A stretch of DNA of 64,000 nt, from contig OX597817.1 in assembly GCA_951406725.2 (NCBI GenBank), positions 51,584,001-51,648,000 on the forward strand. The letters run 5' to 3'. Source of the stretch: Octopus vulgaris. Its lineage: Eukaryota. The translations under genes were made by a program, and so were the position numbers. Each line of letters starts with the position of its first letter. The stretch's first letter is position 1. Positions 13,262 to 28,069 of the stretch are shown in pieces. Below the pieces are notes generated by a model. That model saw nothing but the letters and a program-made list of their open reading frames with translations. It made no database searches and was not told the origin of the DNA.

Positions 13262-13494
13262 ACATATTTTCTCTCTGTCTCACTTCCTCCTCACCCACTA
13301 CTACGAAACTATAAAAAGGTTCAAACTACCCACAACTGATTTGATTTGAAAACCCCTAGAATGGGAGCAAGCGCTAATCCGAATGATATGATATATATGT
13401 AAAAAATGTAATATATAAATAAATATCTACAAATATGAACCATCTGATCTGATTACCTCAATTTTTCTAATATATATATATATATATATATCCT

Positions 13495-13630
13495 TTCGGT
13501 GCGAATTTATTAAGACGCCCAGAGAAAGAAAAGAGTAGAAGTTTTACGTTTCGAGCATAGCTCATCTTTGCAAACAGGAAGAAACAGGAAAGTCCAAAAC
13601 GGAGGAAAATGAAATCGCCAACAATCACGT
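13495..13630 (-). mobile_element. Diverged family B pLTR-like repeat, inverted relative to the upstream PLE
   Basis: Reverse complement contains gagctatgctcgaaacgtaaaac and the ttggcgat...ttttcctccg segment of family B. Confidence 0.55.
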
Positions 13631-14290
13631 AAATTATTGCGTGATATTCAAAGTGAAGCCACAACACTAGAATACTAATTGAAATGAACGACTCAATAGA
13701 CAGGAAGAGAGACCACAATATTTTGCACATTATCTTTATATTTCTACATACACGTGGTTCCCTCTAGTGATCGCAGCTAATACAAGGAAGATAATCATCC
13801 GCTTTCAGCTTGAGACGACCTTAGAAATTCAAATTTGTAATTACGATGGAAAATATGCATAAAATCCACATCTTATTTTTCTGTTAGCTTATTACTAAGT
13901 TTTTGCAATTTATATTTTGGTCGTAATCATGATTATAAGTATTTCACTTTTTTTTTTCAGAAACCATCATCCTGATATAAGCCGTGATTAATCAATCTGA
14001 TATAAGCCGTGACTAATCAATCAGACACTTCATGAAGTGAAGCATTTTAAGGAAGATTGTTTTAATCACAGCGTGGAATAAACTCATGTTTTGTTTGTAG
14101 TTAGTGTCTATTACAAGTTATCCAATAAATATAAAGTTATGTTTGTGCGCGCGGATGCGTATGTGTATACGTACGTATCGTGTTGCTCTTGTGTTTTTTA
14201 TTATATATTAGGCATGCTTGAAATATACGTATTGATTTCAAAGTATAACTGACCGGTTTGACATTAATATTACAACTTAGATAGATAGAC

Positions 14291-14356
<66 letters not shown>

Positions 14357-14370
14357 CAATAACCCAGAAA

Positions 14371-14525
14371 GAAATATAAGCAGAGTGAGGGGAGTAGGGA
14401 AAAAAGTGAAGATGGAGAGAAATAAAGAAGGAAAAAGGGAGACAAAGAGAGAAATATAAGCAGAATGAGGGGAGTAGGGAAAAAGTGAAGATGGAGAGAA
14501 ATAAAGAAGGAAAAAGGGAGAGAAA
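14371..14525. repeat. Two-copy purine-rich tandem repeat of about 80 bp
   Basis: gaaatataagcaga(g/a)tgaggggagtaggg...gaaggaaaaagggaga occurs twice. Confidence 0.8.
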
Positions 14526-14763
14526 GAGTCAAACACGAAGGAAATAAAAGTGAAAGTGTGAAGCAATGACAAAAACGAATAAAAAGTGACAATGAAAGAG
14601 ATTGTTAGGGAAAAATGGTGATGCAAGAAAAGATGGCAATAGCAGAATGTCTTGTAGAAGAATTCTTTAGAGAACAATGGCAAGGAACAGAAATAGGCTT
14701 CTGTAATATATACACGTGGAATGTGTCGTGACGCGTTAGTTAGAAGTATTGTTCATTATAATG

Positions 14764-15000
14764 CAGGGTGTTCAAAAAGTCTCTCAGCAGTAAGCATTGT
14801 ATAGCAAAATAAATATCTATAAGTTTGTATAAGACTACAAAAGAATATATTAGACTTTGCAAGACTTTAAAAAAGAACTTTCTAATGCGTTGAAAGTGTC
14901 GTCCTTCATTTTCAATACATAAGTTGACTCTACTATGCAAGTTTTAAAATACATCTTCGAGAGAAAAAATTCACTGCGGAGAGACTTTTTGAACACCTTT
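14764..15000. mobile_element. Tc1/mariner-type MITE
   Basis: Terminal inverted repeats cagggtgttcaaaaagtctctcagcagt and actgcggagagactttttgaacacc. TA follows the right end. No ORF. Confidence 0.8.
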
Positions 15001-15595
15001 TAGAACAAAAATACTGTACTTAATTACCAGCATATATATTGTTTTTCCCAATCCTTTTATTTGCTACCTCTCCCTCCTCTTTCTCATTTTCCTCCCGTGG
15101 GACTTAGATTTCCTTCTTTCCTCCTCATCATCATTAATCATTCACCTGTTCAAAGTATTTTCTTCAGTTCGTGCCAAACGTCCATGCTTGTTTTCTCACC
15201 GTTAGTTAATCCTTGTTTCAAATGTTCTGAGAAATATAAAGCTTTCTTTTCATATACATGATGCATAGACGCTTGAGGAATGTGTCCTCTATACTACGTG
15301 TGACACACACAAGCAATAGGAAACGCTAGCGAAACACGATACGTATGTACACACAAATTCACAGACACACACATACATACATAGATACATAAGTTTTTAA
15401 ACACTATATTAATACAAGTTGAACTCGAAGTAGATAAAGTTATGAACAATATCGTGTAAATATAGGCGTGTTAATATTGGGTTAGAAACATTTGGCCGGA
15501 AAAATAAACCTGATAATCCTTTTGCATATAACCAAACCTTGGGTAAGCGTGTGTTACCTGATAGATAGATAGATAGAAAGAGAGAGAGAGAGAGG

Positions 15596-15633
<38 letters not shown>

Positions 15634-15822
15634 TAGATATATAGATAGATAGAATAACGGACGGACAGACAGACAGACAGAGACAGACAGACAGACAGAC
15701 AGAGACAGACAGACAGAGACAGACAGACAGAGACAGACGGACGGACGGGCGGACAGACGGACGGGCCGACGGACGGACAGACACACAGACAGACAGACAG
15801 GCAGACAGGCAGGCAGGCAATC

Positions 15823-15926
<104 letters not shown>

Positions 15927-16355
15927 TGGGGATTTGAAACTGTACCTGTATCTCAAAACTTGTAGTCGTTTATAAATTTTGTAATAGATTGGTCGTCCTT
16001 CACGGGGGCTATCGCAGAAGACACGTTTCTAATGTGCGACTCACTGAGACTGAACGTGAAACGATGTACTAGCAAAATTGAGCTTCGTAAACACCACTGT
16101 TGCTATTATTATTACTTTAATTCCGGTGAGGTCGACTTTGCCCTTCATCATTTCGGGCTCGATAAATTAAGTACCAGTGAAACACTGGGGTTGATGTAAT
16201 CGATAGAACCCCCTCCCCTAAAATTTTAGTCCTTGTGCCTATAGTAGATTATTATTTAACGATAAAATAAGTACCAGTTGAACATTGGGGGTCGATGTAA
16301 TCGACACATATCCTCCCCCCCCAAAATGGCTGCCCTCGTGGCAAAATTTGAAACA

Positions 16356-16394
<39 letters not shown>

Positions 16395-17528
16395 GTTATT
16401 ATTGTTATTTAACTTCCTGTGGCAAGCTGGCAGAATCGTTAGCACGCCGGGCGAAGTGCTTAGCGGTATTTTGCCTGTTGCTTCGTTCTGAGTTGAAATT
16501 CCTGATGTTGACTATAATTATATACCAGTCAAGAATTGGGGTCCCTGATTCGAATATTCCCCACCCTCAAATTTCAGGCCATATGCCTATACTAGGAAGG
16601 ATTATTATTTAACTCGAGGCCAAACCTGTCTGAATAGATTTATGATTAAATATATTTCATCCTCCACCATAGGACTACATTATCCATGTATTCTTCTGGG
16701 GGTTGTTTTTTTTCAGGAATTGGCTGCTCTTTCTAACAAGCCGTGAAAACACGAAAGTCCTTATGTTATTTGTGACGTTTATAAGTTAGAGGTGATGCTG
16801 GTGATCGTTGAGGAATATGTCAGTCGCTATTTTAATAGTCTAATGGCAGTATTTATGATGTTGATTTCATAACAGCTTTGTTGCTGTTAAGATGTTCGTG
16901 GTTTGGGTGGATGCTGTGTTGAGAGAGTTTGCGTAACAAAGGAAAAACATTACGAAAACACCTTAAAAGAGGTGTAAAGAAAACAGTGAAAAGAATTAGG
17001 AACGTGTTTTTCTAAATGGAACAGACTGGCGCATAAGCTTGACATTTTAGACAAATAAATGGCCACGAATAAGTAAAATGGAGACAACACTTTAAATAAG
17101 TGTATTCAAAGAATTTTTGCCATTTCTAGTATTTTGAATTACGACCACCAAAGTTTTCAAAGTAGAATCACACTTTTATATTGGAATAATGTGATGATGT
17201 ATCTATCAGACACGCGATGGCAATATGGCGAAAGCTTTTTCTTGCAGATGGCTTCTGGAACAAATATTTATGACTTTTTGTCGTTAAATGGCTTTATATT
17301 GTTTAATGAAAATATGTCTGAATATACGTCCCTAGCTAGTATTGTTTGTGTTTATATATATATATATATATACATGCACGCACACAAATGTATACATATA
17401 TGTGTGTGTGCATATATGTATGTATGTTATGTATATCTCTCTATCCTTATAAATATGTGTACGTATATATATACGTATATGTGTATTTATGTGCGTGTGG
17501 TTGTTTGTAGGTACTTATATATATATAC

Positions 17529-17560
<32 letters not shown>

Positions 17561-19421
17561 ATGCATATATATGTATATATAAATATATATATATATATAT
17601 ACATACATAGATACATACATACACACACACACACACATACATATATATATATATGTATATATGTATATGTATATATGTATATGTATATATGTATATCTAA
17701 TTTACATGCATAAAATATTTTGTATATACATATATGTAGTATATACCGCTATATATGTATACACACACACACATACATAAACACATACATACATCTATCT
17801 GTGTGTGTGTGTGTGTGTGTGCGTGAGTGTGAGTCGTGGCTATCATGTTGAAATCATAATTATAACTTATTTTTATATTTTCCAAGAGAAAATTGTGTTT
17901 TCATTGATTGTATTCTTATTGTCTCCAAGACATTATACAATAAGAATGATGATCTCCGTGTCTTGTGTTCTTATATATTTTGCCATGATTAATCTTTGAT
18001 ATTCAGATTCTATATAAATTCTTTATATAAATTTCAATAGTTTTGTGCGATAGATGTGTAATAATTATTTAACTTTAGTCAGCATTGACCGAGCAGAATA
18101 TTCAATCAAACGCACATATTCTATTATTGTATTATCAGTTTCAGCTAGAGGTTGTGGTCATGCTGGAGCACCACCATTAGCGATAACGCTTGTTTAATTT
18201 AGACTCACATCACGATCCGGTCCCCGGAATCGGTCTTGGTGAAGTAGTGAGTCGGAAAGTGGTGCTCTTCTCCGCAGATATTTGCAACTTGGATTGTGGG
18301 TTCGTCAATTATATCACATAAAAAACATTGTCTACTTCATGGGTCCCCAAGGTTCTTTAGACTATCGACGCCGTCATGGAATCCTTGACCTCATCATCGA
18401 CCCCATGCATTCTTTTATTCTTTTATTTTTTTCAGTCATTTAACTGCTGTCATGCTGGAGCACCGCCTTTAGGCGAACAATTCGACCCCAAAACTTATTC
18501 TTGACTTTTTTCTATACACTGGGAAACCAACTAAGGGATATTACATATCCAATATACTGCTGGTAGTGTACCCAGTTGTTCATACCCAAGTGCTAGTTAT
18601 TGCGTGGCTATCTCGTAATAGAGTATTATATATGGGTGGGAGTATTAAGTGGTTTACCCTTGATTTTGCCGTATATATATATGTATGTGTGTGTGTATGT
18701 GTGTGTGGGCGTGTGCGCGCGTGTGTGTTCATTTATATGTGTATACATGCAAGACATGTTCATGCATAATGCCCCATAATGCTTTGCAACATCTAGGCTC
18801 AAAGATGAGAACTATCTCACATGCTTAGCAATAATTTTCATATTGCTGCTAAGTATTTGAAATAATTCTCAGAAGAGAACATGAATGCATATTAGTTATA
18901 CTATGGGATATTCTTTTCCACGCTAGGCAAAAGGCCTGAAATATTTGGGGAGGTTGGAGCCAGTCCATTAGATTGATCCCAGTACGCAACTGGTACTTAA
19001 TTTATTGAGTCCGAAAAAATGAAAGGCAAAGTCAACCTCGGTGGTATACTTCATAAGCCACTGATCAAGTAAATATTTCATATTAAGTTTTCATACAAGC
19101 AGCGTCTTAATAGTATCAACGAAATGATTTCAAGTTCGCTTCTTAGGCTGGGCTTGAATTTTATACCAAAACAATGGTTTACCTCATATAGCAGAATCGT
19201 TTATAAAACATAGGAGTTAATTCATTTGAAATAAATTGTCTTATAACATTGTTAGTATTTACTAGAATAAAGTTTAAATAGTAATATATCATTCTTAGAT
19301 TTTCTTTTCTTTTCATCAAAGTGTCTGCCTAAAGATAAACGAAAATGTTGCAGACATTGTTTAATTCTGTTAGAATTCATTGTGTGTATATATATACGCG
19401 TGTGTGTGTGTATATAGATAT

Positions 19422-19523
<102 letters not shown>

Positions 19524-19730
19524 GTGTATATATACATATGTGTATATGTGTATATATACATATATATACATACATATATACGTATATATATACATACATA
19601 TATATATACATATATACATATATATATACAAACATATATACATACACACACACACACATATATATACATATACACATATACATATATATATACATATACA
19701 TATATATATACATATACATATACATATATA

Positions 19731-19786
<56 letters not shown>

Positions 19787-20286
19787 ATGTGCTTGCATAT
19801 GAAGAAACGTTATTTTTTTTTCAAAAAATGCATGGAGGACTTAATCATTAATGGCTATAAAATACGGAAATGGAACAGGAATCAATATGAAAATGCTATA
19901 TTTTAATTTTTCATCGAGGTACTTAAATGTTATTCTTCATCAAAGGCTTTGCAAATTTTTGATATTTCATACATACGTTTTAATTACTAACGACAGTTAG
20001 CAAACAATACATATACAAGAACAAGAGATACGTAAGCACTTAAAACAAGTGTATATAACAGACACGAGTGGTTTATGTTAGCGTACATATTTGGCTGTGT
20101 ACAGTCATATTTCACATATTAATGAATATTCGAACATGGAAATATAATACGCTGCACAAGTTGTCTCGAAAAGAAATTCTGCTTATAGAAAATATGGCTC
20201 TAAACGCACTGATTGGCTAGGAATGATGTCACCCATCTGTAGGACGCATACATTTCTGCGTCATAAATATATATATATATATACAT

Positions 20287-20493
20287 TACTCTTTTACTCT
20301 CTCTTTTACTTGTTTCAGTCATTTGACTGCGGCCATGCTGGAGCACCGCCTTTAGTCGAGCAAATCGACCCCGGGACTTATTCTTTGTAAGCCCAGTACT
20401 TATTCTATCGGTCTCTTTTGCCGAACCGCTAAGTGACGGGGACGTAAACACACCAGCATCGGTTGTCAAGCAATGCTAGGGGCACAAACACAG

Positions 20494-20570
<77 letters not shown>

Positions 20571-20730
20571 TACGACAGGCTTCTTTCAGTTTCCGTCTAC
20601 CAAATCCACTCACAAGGCATTGGTCGGCCTGGGGCCATAGCAGAAGACACTTGACCAAGATGCCACGCAGTGGGACTGAACCCGGAACCATGTGGTTGGT
20701 TAGCAAGCTATTTACCACATATCCACTCCT

Positions 20731-20732
<2 letters not shown>
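20287..20732 (-). mobile_element. SINE family 2, full length: tRNA head, CORE-like segment, internal microsatellite, (AAGAGTA)-like tail
   Basis: Reverse complement begins gcaggagtgga...ggttcagtcccactgcgtggc and ends aaacaagtaaaagagagagtaaaagagt. Confidence 0.85.
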
Positions 20733-21362
<630 letters not shown>

Positions 21363-21800
21363 ATTTTGTGACGTTGGGTGTGAAAATACCTTAAGCTAAA
21401 CCTGAAAGCAATGAAGTCATAAAAGAATTATCCATAACTTGCAGTTAGCAACATTTATTAAAATAAAAGTATTCAGAACACAGAATAACATGTAACAATT
21501 TGCAAACATATTTACATTCCCATATAACAGTTAAGAACATCACCATTATTGTATTACGCATGCGCGAAAGTGTTTGTTAATTACGCACAAATTGTGCTTA
21601 ATAGTTTAGCGCTAAATAGTTCGTCCTGCTGTTTGTATTGGCAGTTTGCATCATTACCGTGGCAAACAATAGATTCTTAATTAAATATCAATATTAAGTG
21701 TTTGAACTACTGTGGGTCTTTACTAGGGTTTTTTATAAGCGCAACTTAAACCTGTACATTAATCTCCAATAAAACATCTTATATATTACATGCCCATAAA

Positions 21801-22158
21801 ATGCCTCGTAGATCTTATTCAGTTTTGTTTAAACTTGAAGTTATATCATATGCTGAAGAGCATGATAATAGGGCCGCCGGAAGAAAATTTGATGTTGACG
21901 AAAGCAATGTCAGGTTATGGCGAAGAAATAAAGATGAAAAATAAAACAGATGCCAAAGATAAAGAAGGCAAGAAGGTAATAATAAAGGACGTTACCGTTT
22001 ACATTTTTACAAACCAAGGACATTATATAGATCTCCTTGACTCAAGTAGAGAAGGGGTGCGTATTATACACAAGGTTTAGGTTTTTCAGAGGTACAGCCC
22101 CCTAAAAATCCCCTGCGTATTATACTCAAAGCCGGACTATACTTGAGGATTTACGGTA
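21801..22158 (+). mobile_element. Internally deleted pogo/Tc2-type DNA transposon: N-terminal Brinker-like HTH and right end
   Basis: 21801-21944 translates MPRRSYSVLFKLEVISYAEEHDNRAAGRKFDVDESNVRLWRRNKDEK* (not in the ORF track). The right end reads ...tatacttgaggatttacgg-TA. Confidence 0.7.
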
Positions 22159-22659
22159 TTTCTGTTTATTTAGAAACCTACAATGAACAGATCTTGTCAC
22201 AGACGCTAAACTATAAATTTCACCTTAAAGTTGACACCGCTCCGCTAAACACAGAAAATCTCTGTCTCGCTATTGGCTAAAAATATAGAGTTTTCCGACT
22301 TTTAAACCTCGGTAACTTTTTCTTCTATTTTTTTTCTCAACAACATCATACATTCAAAGCAATGAGACCGGAATGCTACATTATTATAGCCGATTTTCAG
22401 GTTTTTTTATTTCCTTTTAAAAAATGCATATTTTGCGGATGAAAAACTAGATCCCGCGCTGCAGTGTGTGGTACATGACGACGGTGATGATGATTTCGCA
22501 ACAAAAGCGCAAAGAATCGGACATGTGGAAATACTCAACCCTTTCCCTGTCCAAATTCTTTTCGTAAGTTTGTCCTAAATGTCAAGGTTTGTTTTCAGGC
22601 ATTTAGTCAGCTCCTGTTTCATACATTCTTAGTAGACACGTAGATAGACACACAGACAG

Positions 22660-22691
<32 letters not shown>

Positions 22692-22741
22692 GCACGCGCA
22701 CACAGACACTGCCAGACAGGCAGTCAGACAGACACAATCAC

Positions 22742-22819
<78 letters not shown>

Positions 22820-22823
<4 letters not shown>

Positions 22824-22965
22824 GTTTCTTTATTGGCCACACAGGGCTGCACACAGATGGGACAAGTTACAAGGTAGAGCTTTTCTTTTGGGGGATGAAA
22901 AAAACAAAAAACAAAAGAAAAAAAAAGGGGTGGCGTAGGTTTTCGATCAAGAGGGATCGTAAAAG
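22820..22965 (-). mobile_element. Probable LINE 3' UTR fragment ending in (TCTA)n
   Basis: Reverse complement ...ccctgtgtggccaataaagaaactta runs directly into a (TCTA)n array. Confidence 0.4.
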
Positions 22966-23651
22966 GGAAGAAAAGAACAAAAAGACAGACAGACAGAAAG
23001 ACAGACGAACGGACGGACAGACAGACAGATAGGTCAACAGATATTTGCCTATCCGTGTGTAGGTATGTGCTTGTGTTTATCCTTATCCGCCCACTGATTG
23101 AAACCGCTAATGTTTTGTTTACATTCCAGCAGGTTAACGGTTCGGCAAAAGACGCCTATAGACAAAAAATATAAAAGAAAAACAACATAAGTGCCGGATC
23201 GACTTCATCACTTCAAGGCTGAACCCCCAGCACAGAGGCAGTCAAATGACAGAAAGGAACAAAAGATTTTAAAAGATAGCCAGCAGTTAAAGATCGTATA
23301 TATTTTGAAATGTTTCCTATTAAGATTACTAACAAACATTTCAGAGCCTCTGAAATTAAGCTGTCATTTATCATTTGCTAGACTTTTTCTTTTTCATAAA
23401 CCTTGATTTATACCATCATTGCGATTGCTTGGAATGGTGAAAATACCTGAAAGGCCATTTATCCTTTCTGAAATACTTATGAAACTAAACTCATTTAATA
23501 TATTATTCATATCTAAGCGTAATGGGTTTCTCACGGACATTCGCAGAAAAGTACCCCTGGAGACGTAATATATTCTGACATAGTTCTAATAATACTTTCG
23601 CACATACACGCATGCACACACGCCCCATAAATAAATAAATAAATAATATAT

Positions 23652-23727
<76 letters not shown>

Positions 23728-23738
23728 TTATATGTATA

Positions 23739-24622
23739 CAGGGTGCGGTGAATAAACTGTTGTCTAAATTACGCAAAAATGAAAGTAACACTGACATCTT
23801 ATTTTAACAGATATATTTACCAAAATTACATTAAAATGTATTGAAATACTAAACAGTAAGTTTATTCAATAAAATCGCCATTGGCTTCAACAACGGCCTC
23901 CCGACGACTTCGCGTTCTCCTGCAACTCTTCTGGACGATTTCCTTGTATTATAAGTTGGTGAATGCTGCCATAATCCTTGCCTTCAGTTCAAGGAGTTAC
24001 AAGGAATTTTGTTGATCTCTCGTTCAACTTCGATCCAAACATAATGATAGGGAGTTGCAGCCTGCGGACTTAGATGGCCAGATGTTAGGGGTGATGTGGT
24101 TGCAGAAATTGTCTGAGAGCAATGACTGGGTTCTCCTGCTTGTGTGCCATGGTGCAAAGTCCTGTTGCCAGATATAGGGTCTTCCAGCAACCACCATCTT
24201 GACCCAGAGCACCACTACCTCCTCCAGGCACTTGACGCAGGCCTTTGTGTTGAGTGTGAGGACGTGTGGGAAGATAATGTAGACATACGGTCGCCATCAC
24301 TAGTGATGACTCCAGATATCATCATGTTGACTGGATGTTTGATTATTTACAACTCTCGATACATGTTCGTATTGGTACATGTTCAGATTGGGGCTTCGGG
24401 CGCTTCGTACTGGAGCTTCCTACACGAATGCCAAGCAGTACAGAATGTCATTTCCAAATTCTTGGCAGAGTGAATTGCCTCATAGTGCTGTTTTTTTTTC
24501 TCACACACACAGTGCCCAACTGACCCTACTACAATGTGTAGTCGACAAAATCAAAAGCCAACAATGCATATGCGCTACATTAAAAACTTAATATGGCGAC
24601 AATTTACCCATCGTACCTTCTG
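23739..24622 (-). mobile_element. Degenerate Tc1/mariner transposon, DD37D (maT/mori-type) transposase pseudogene
   Basis: WQQDFAPWH...IWPSKSAGCNSL gives 37 residues to the expected third Asp position. Upstream KHPVNMMISGVITSDG. Imperfect TIRs beginning TA-CAGGGTG. Confidence 0.8.
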
Positions 24623-24711
24623 TGTGTGTGTGTGTGTGTATGTATATGTATATATTAAATATCTGAACGAGGCATAAACAGTAGCTGCACGACAATGTGA
24701 AGTATATTCAC

Positions 24712-24746
<35 letters not shown>

Positions 24747-24832
24747 CTGTACATACATACATATATATATCTGTACATACATACATACATGTATATATAC
24801 ATGCATATATATATATATATATATACCCACAA

Positions 24833-25034
24833 CCATTGGTTAATAACCGATGTAGGTGTGTTTACGTCCCTGTAACTTAGCGGTTCTGCAAAAGTGACGC
24901 ATGGAATAAATATTAAGCTTACAAAGAATAAGTCCTGGCGTCGAATTATTCGACTAAAGGCGGTGCTCCAGGATGGCCGCAGTCAAATGACTGAAACAAA
25001 GAAAAGAATAAAGGAATACACACACACACTTTTC

Positions 25035-25072
<38 letters not shown>

Positions 25073-25240
25073 GCACGCACATGATGGGCTTCTTTCAGCT
25101 TCCGTCCGCCAAATTAACCCACAAAGATTTGCCAGGCCCGCGATTATATTAGAAGACACTTGCGCATGGTAATACGCAGTGAAACTGAACCCGAAACCGT
25201 GTGGTTAGGGAACACATTCTGGTCATACAGGCACGCCAGA
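24833..25240. mobile_element. SINE family 2 fragments (3' half on +, 5' half on -)
   Basis: Diverged matches to 20287-20732. Confidence 0.65.
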
Positions 25241-25932
25241 GCCTCTATAAAGAAAGACACATATCACACAGACTCATATCTACAAACAAGTGAAAGAGTT
25301 AGACCAACGATTTCGCGTGTTCAAATTTCATTCACATCCAAGCTGAATTTCCTTACTTTTGAATCCGATACATCTTGATTGGTTCCTGTCTCAGTGAGTG
25401 GAAAGAGAGTTTTTCTTTTCTCTTTTTAACTTGATTAATACAAAGGTCAATCTACATTGCATGTATTTAAGTACTCTATACACATCCACATATACGTTTC
25501 GACTCTTCATCCCTCCTCATTCATCGTTAACGTTGCGTCTCGTTATAAAAGACGGATAATATCAAGTGTGGACGTGAATAACGTTGCAAAGAATACTTCT
25601 AGTAATTTCTTATCCTCAAATGACTGGGCAGTTTCTCACAAATTTGGGTTCTTTGCCATACACACGTAGACATACACAGACACACACGCACAGATAGATA
25701 GACACACACACACACACACACGCACACATACACATATGTCTCTCTGTCTGCCTGTCAGTATCATACACTCTCTGTCTCTCCCTCCCTCTCTCTGTCTCTA
25801 TATTTATATATAGACACACACACACATATATATGTTTTTGCTTCCATATTTCCTGAGCGCCTATTAATAATAATACTGTAATTGTTCCACGGTTGTTGTT
25901 TTTTTGTTTTCCCGTTTGGATTAAAATTATAT

Positions 25933-25975
<43 letters not shown>

Positions 25976-26202
25976 TATATATATATATTTTATTACAGAT
26001 AGGTACGTAGATAAGTATATAAGTATATATATATATAATAATTTTTTGCGTAATGAAATAAAAAAACAAGGCTGTGTAGATATTAGAACATTTATATATA
26101 TAGGAAAGCAAATAATAATAATAATGATAATAATAAGACACAATGTTAAACTGAAAGCAAATTTTAATATAAATGGGTGTAAGAGAGATTAAAAAAGGAA
26201 AT

Positions 26203-26268
<66 letters not shown>

Positions 26269-26703
26269 TATGCATTTCACCTGCATGTATTGGATACAGA
26301 GTGCAGTTTCCAATAACACAAGGAAAACAATTTGAAGTATCTAATTGACATAAATCTGTCACAGTCTCCCATGTTTTAGATTGCCATTTTTTACCTCTAA
26401 TCAATAAGCAGGTTCTCTCGCGTACGTTAATCCATACATACACGCAAAAAGTCACACAAATTCTCTTCAAAGTCTACAATTATTATTTCTTCGTTTTCAA
26501 TAGAGCTTTGTATTGTACATGCCACGTTATTGATTATTTCGATAGACATCCTACAGATTCTATGGATAGACTTACTATGAATATAATTTTTAGAATATGA
26601 TAAGATAGAAGTCCTGACCTCTTGACCCTGTATAAAGTTCTATTCCATAATATAATTTGTACCGATCTCTGTAGTTATGTATACATATATTTTGTGTGAT
26701 GTG

Positions 26704-26744
<41 letters not shown>

Positions 26745-26819
26745 GTACATATATATACACATATACAGACACACGTATTTATATATTTATATACATATAT
26801 ATTCACATATATACTCACA

Positions 26820-26908
<89 letters not shown>

Positions 26909-27409
26909 ACAAGGTGTAAAGATACTGCAGATTCAGTATACACCACCTGGCAAAATTATGAGTTGAAAATATGTGGGGAGAAAAATAAAAAGTGGAAGAG
27001 AAATGCCTTCGTTTTATGTAGCATATCTTTTTTATGAACATATATATATATATTATATAAGAACTGTTGAGGAAGAGAGGCAGGTCAGTGGAGCTGGAAC
27101 GTGAAACGAACTTCAAACCATCAATAATCGACAAAACAGCATAAAAAAACAGAGATAAGAAGGTTTATGGACGACTTTGGCTCAAAGTGGAAAGAAGAAA
27201 ATGTAAACGTGTCTGGATGTTGGCGTATCATTAAATATGGATTTGCAACGGTCTCTAAGTTGAAATTTACTGCATCTGTGAACTTCTCTTGCATGTTCAA
27301 ACGATGTTTTATTTTAAGTGTGTCATTTTTTATTATATATATTTCCGTTAGTATTTTCTGAGCGTGGGCTGTGTTTATGAGAATTTATGCAATTACATTA
27401 CATTTGCTC

Positions 27410-27417
27410 CATTATTA

Positions 27418-27454
<37 letters not shown>

Positions 27455-27574
27455 TATAATTATTACCATTATTATTATTATTATTGTTATTATTATTATA
27501 ATTATTATTATTATTACCATTATTATAATTATTATTATTATTATTATTACCATTATTATTATTATTATTATTAC

Positions 27575-27611
<37 letters not shown>

Positions 27612-27626
27612 GTTATTATTATTATA

Positions 27627-27709
<83 letters not shown>

Positions 27710-27844
27710 TATTATTATCATTATTACCATTATTATTACTATTACCATTATTATTGTTATCATTATTATTTTTATTACCATTATTATTATTATCATTATT
27801 ACCATTATTATTATTATTACCATTATTATTATTATTATTATTAC

Positions 27845-27889
<45 letters not shown>

Positions 27890-28024
27890 TATTATTATCA
27901 TTATTACCATTATTATTACTATTACCATTATTATTGTTATCATTATTATTTTTATTACCATTATTATTATTATCATTATTACCATTATTATTATTATTAC
28001 CATTATTATTATTATTATTATTAC

Positions 28025-28063
<39 letters not shown>

Positions 28064-28068
28064 TATTA
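27410..28068. repeat. (TAT)n/(TAC CAT) microsatellite with a 180-bp higher-order duplication
   Basis: Sequence at 27721-27840 equals 27901-28020. Confidence 0.9.
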
Positions 28069-28069
28069 T

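Noticed and set aside
21790-22080. 96-aa ORF in the track
   Set aside because: The recognisable HTH is in another frame (21801-21944). This frame shows no motif.
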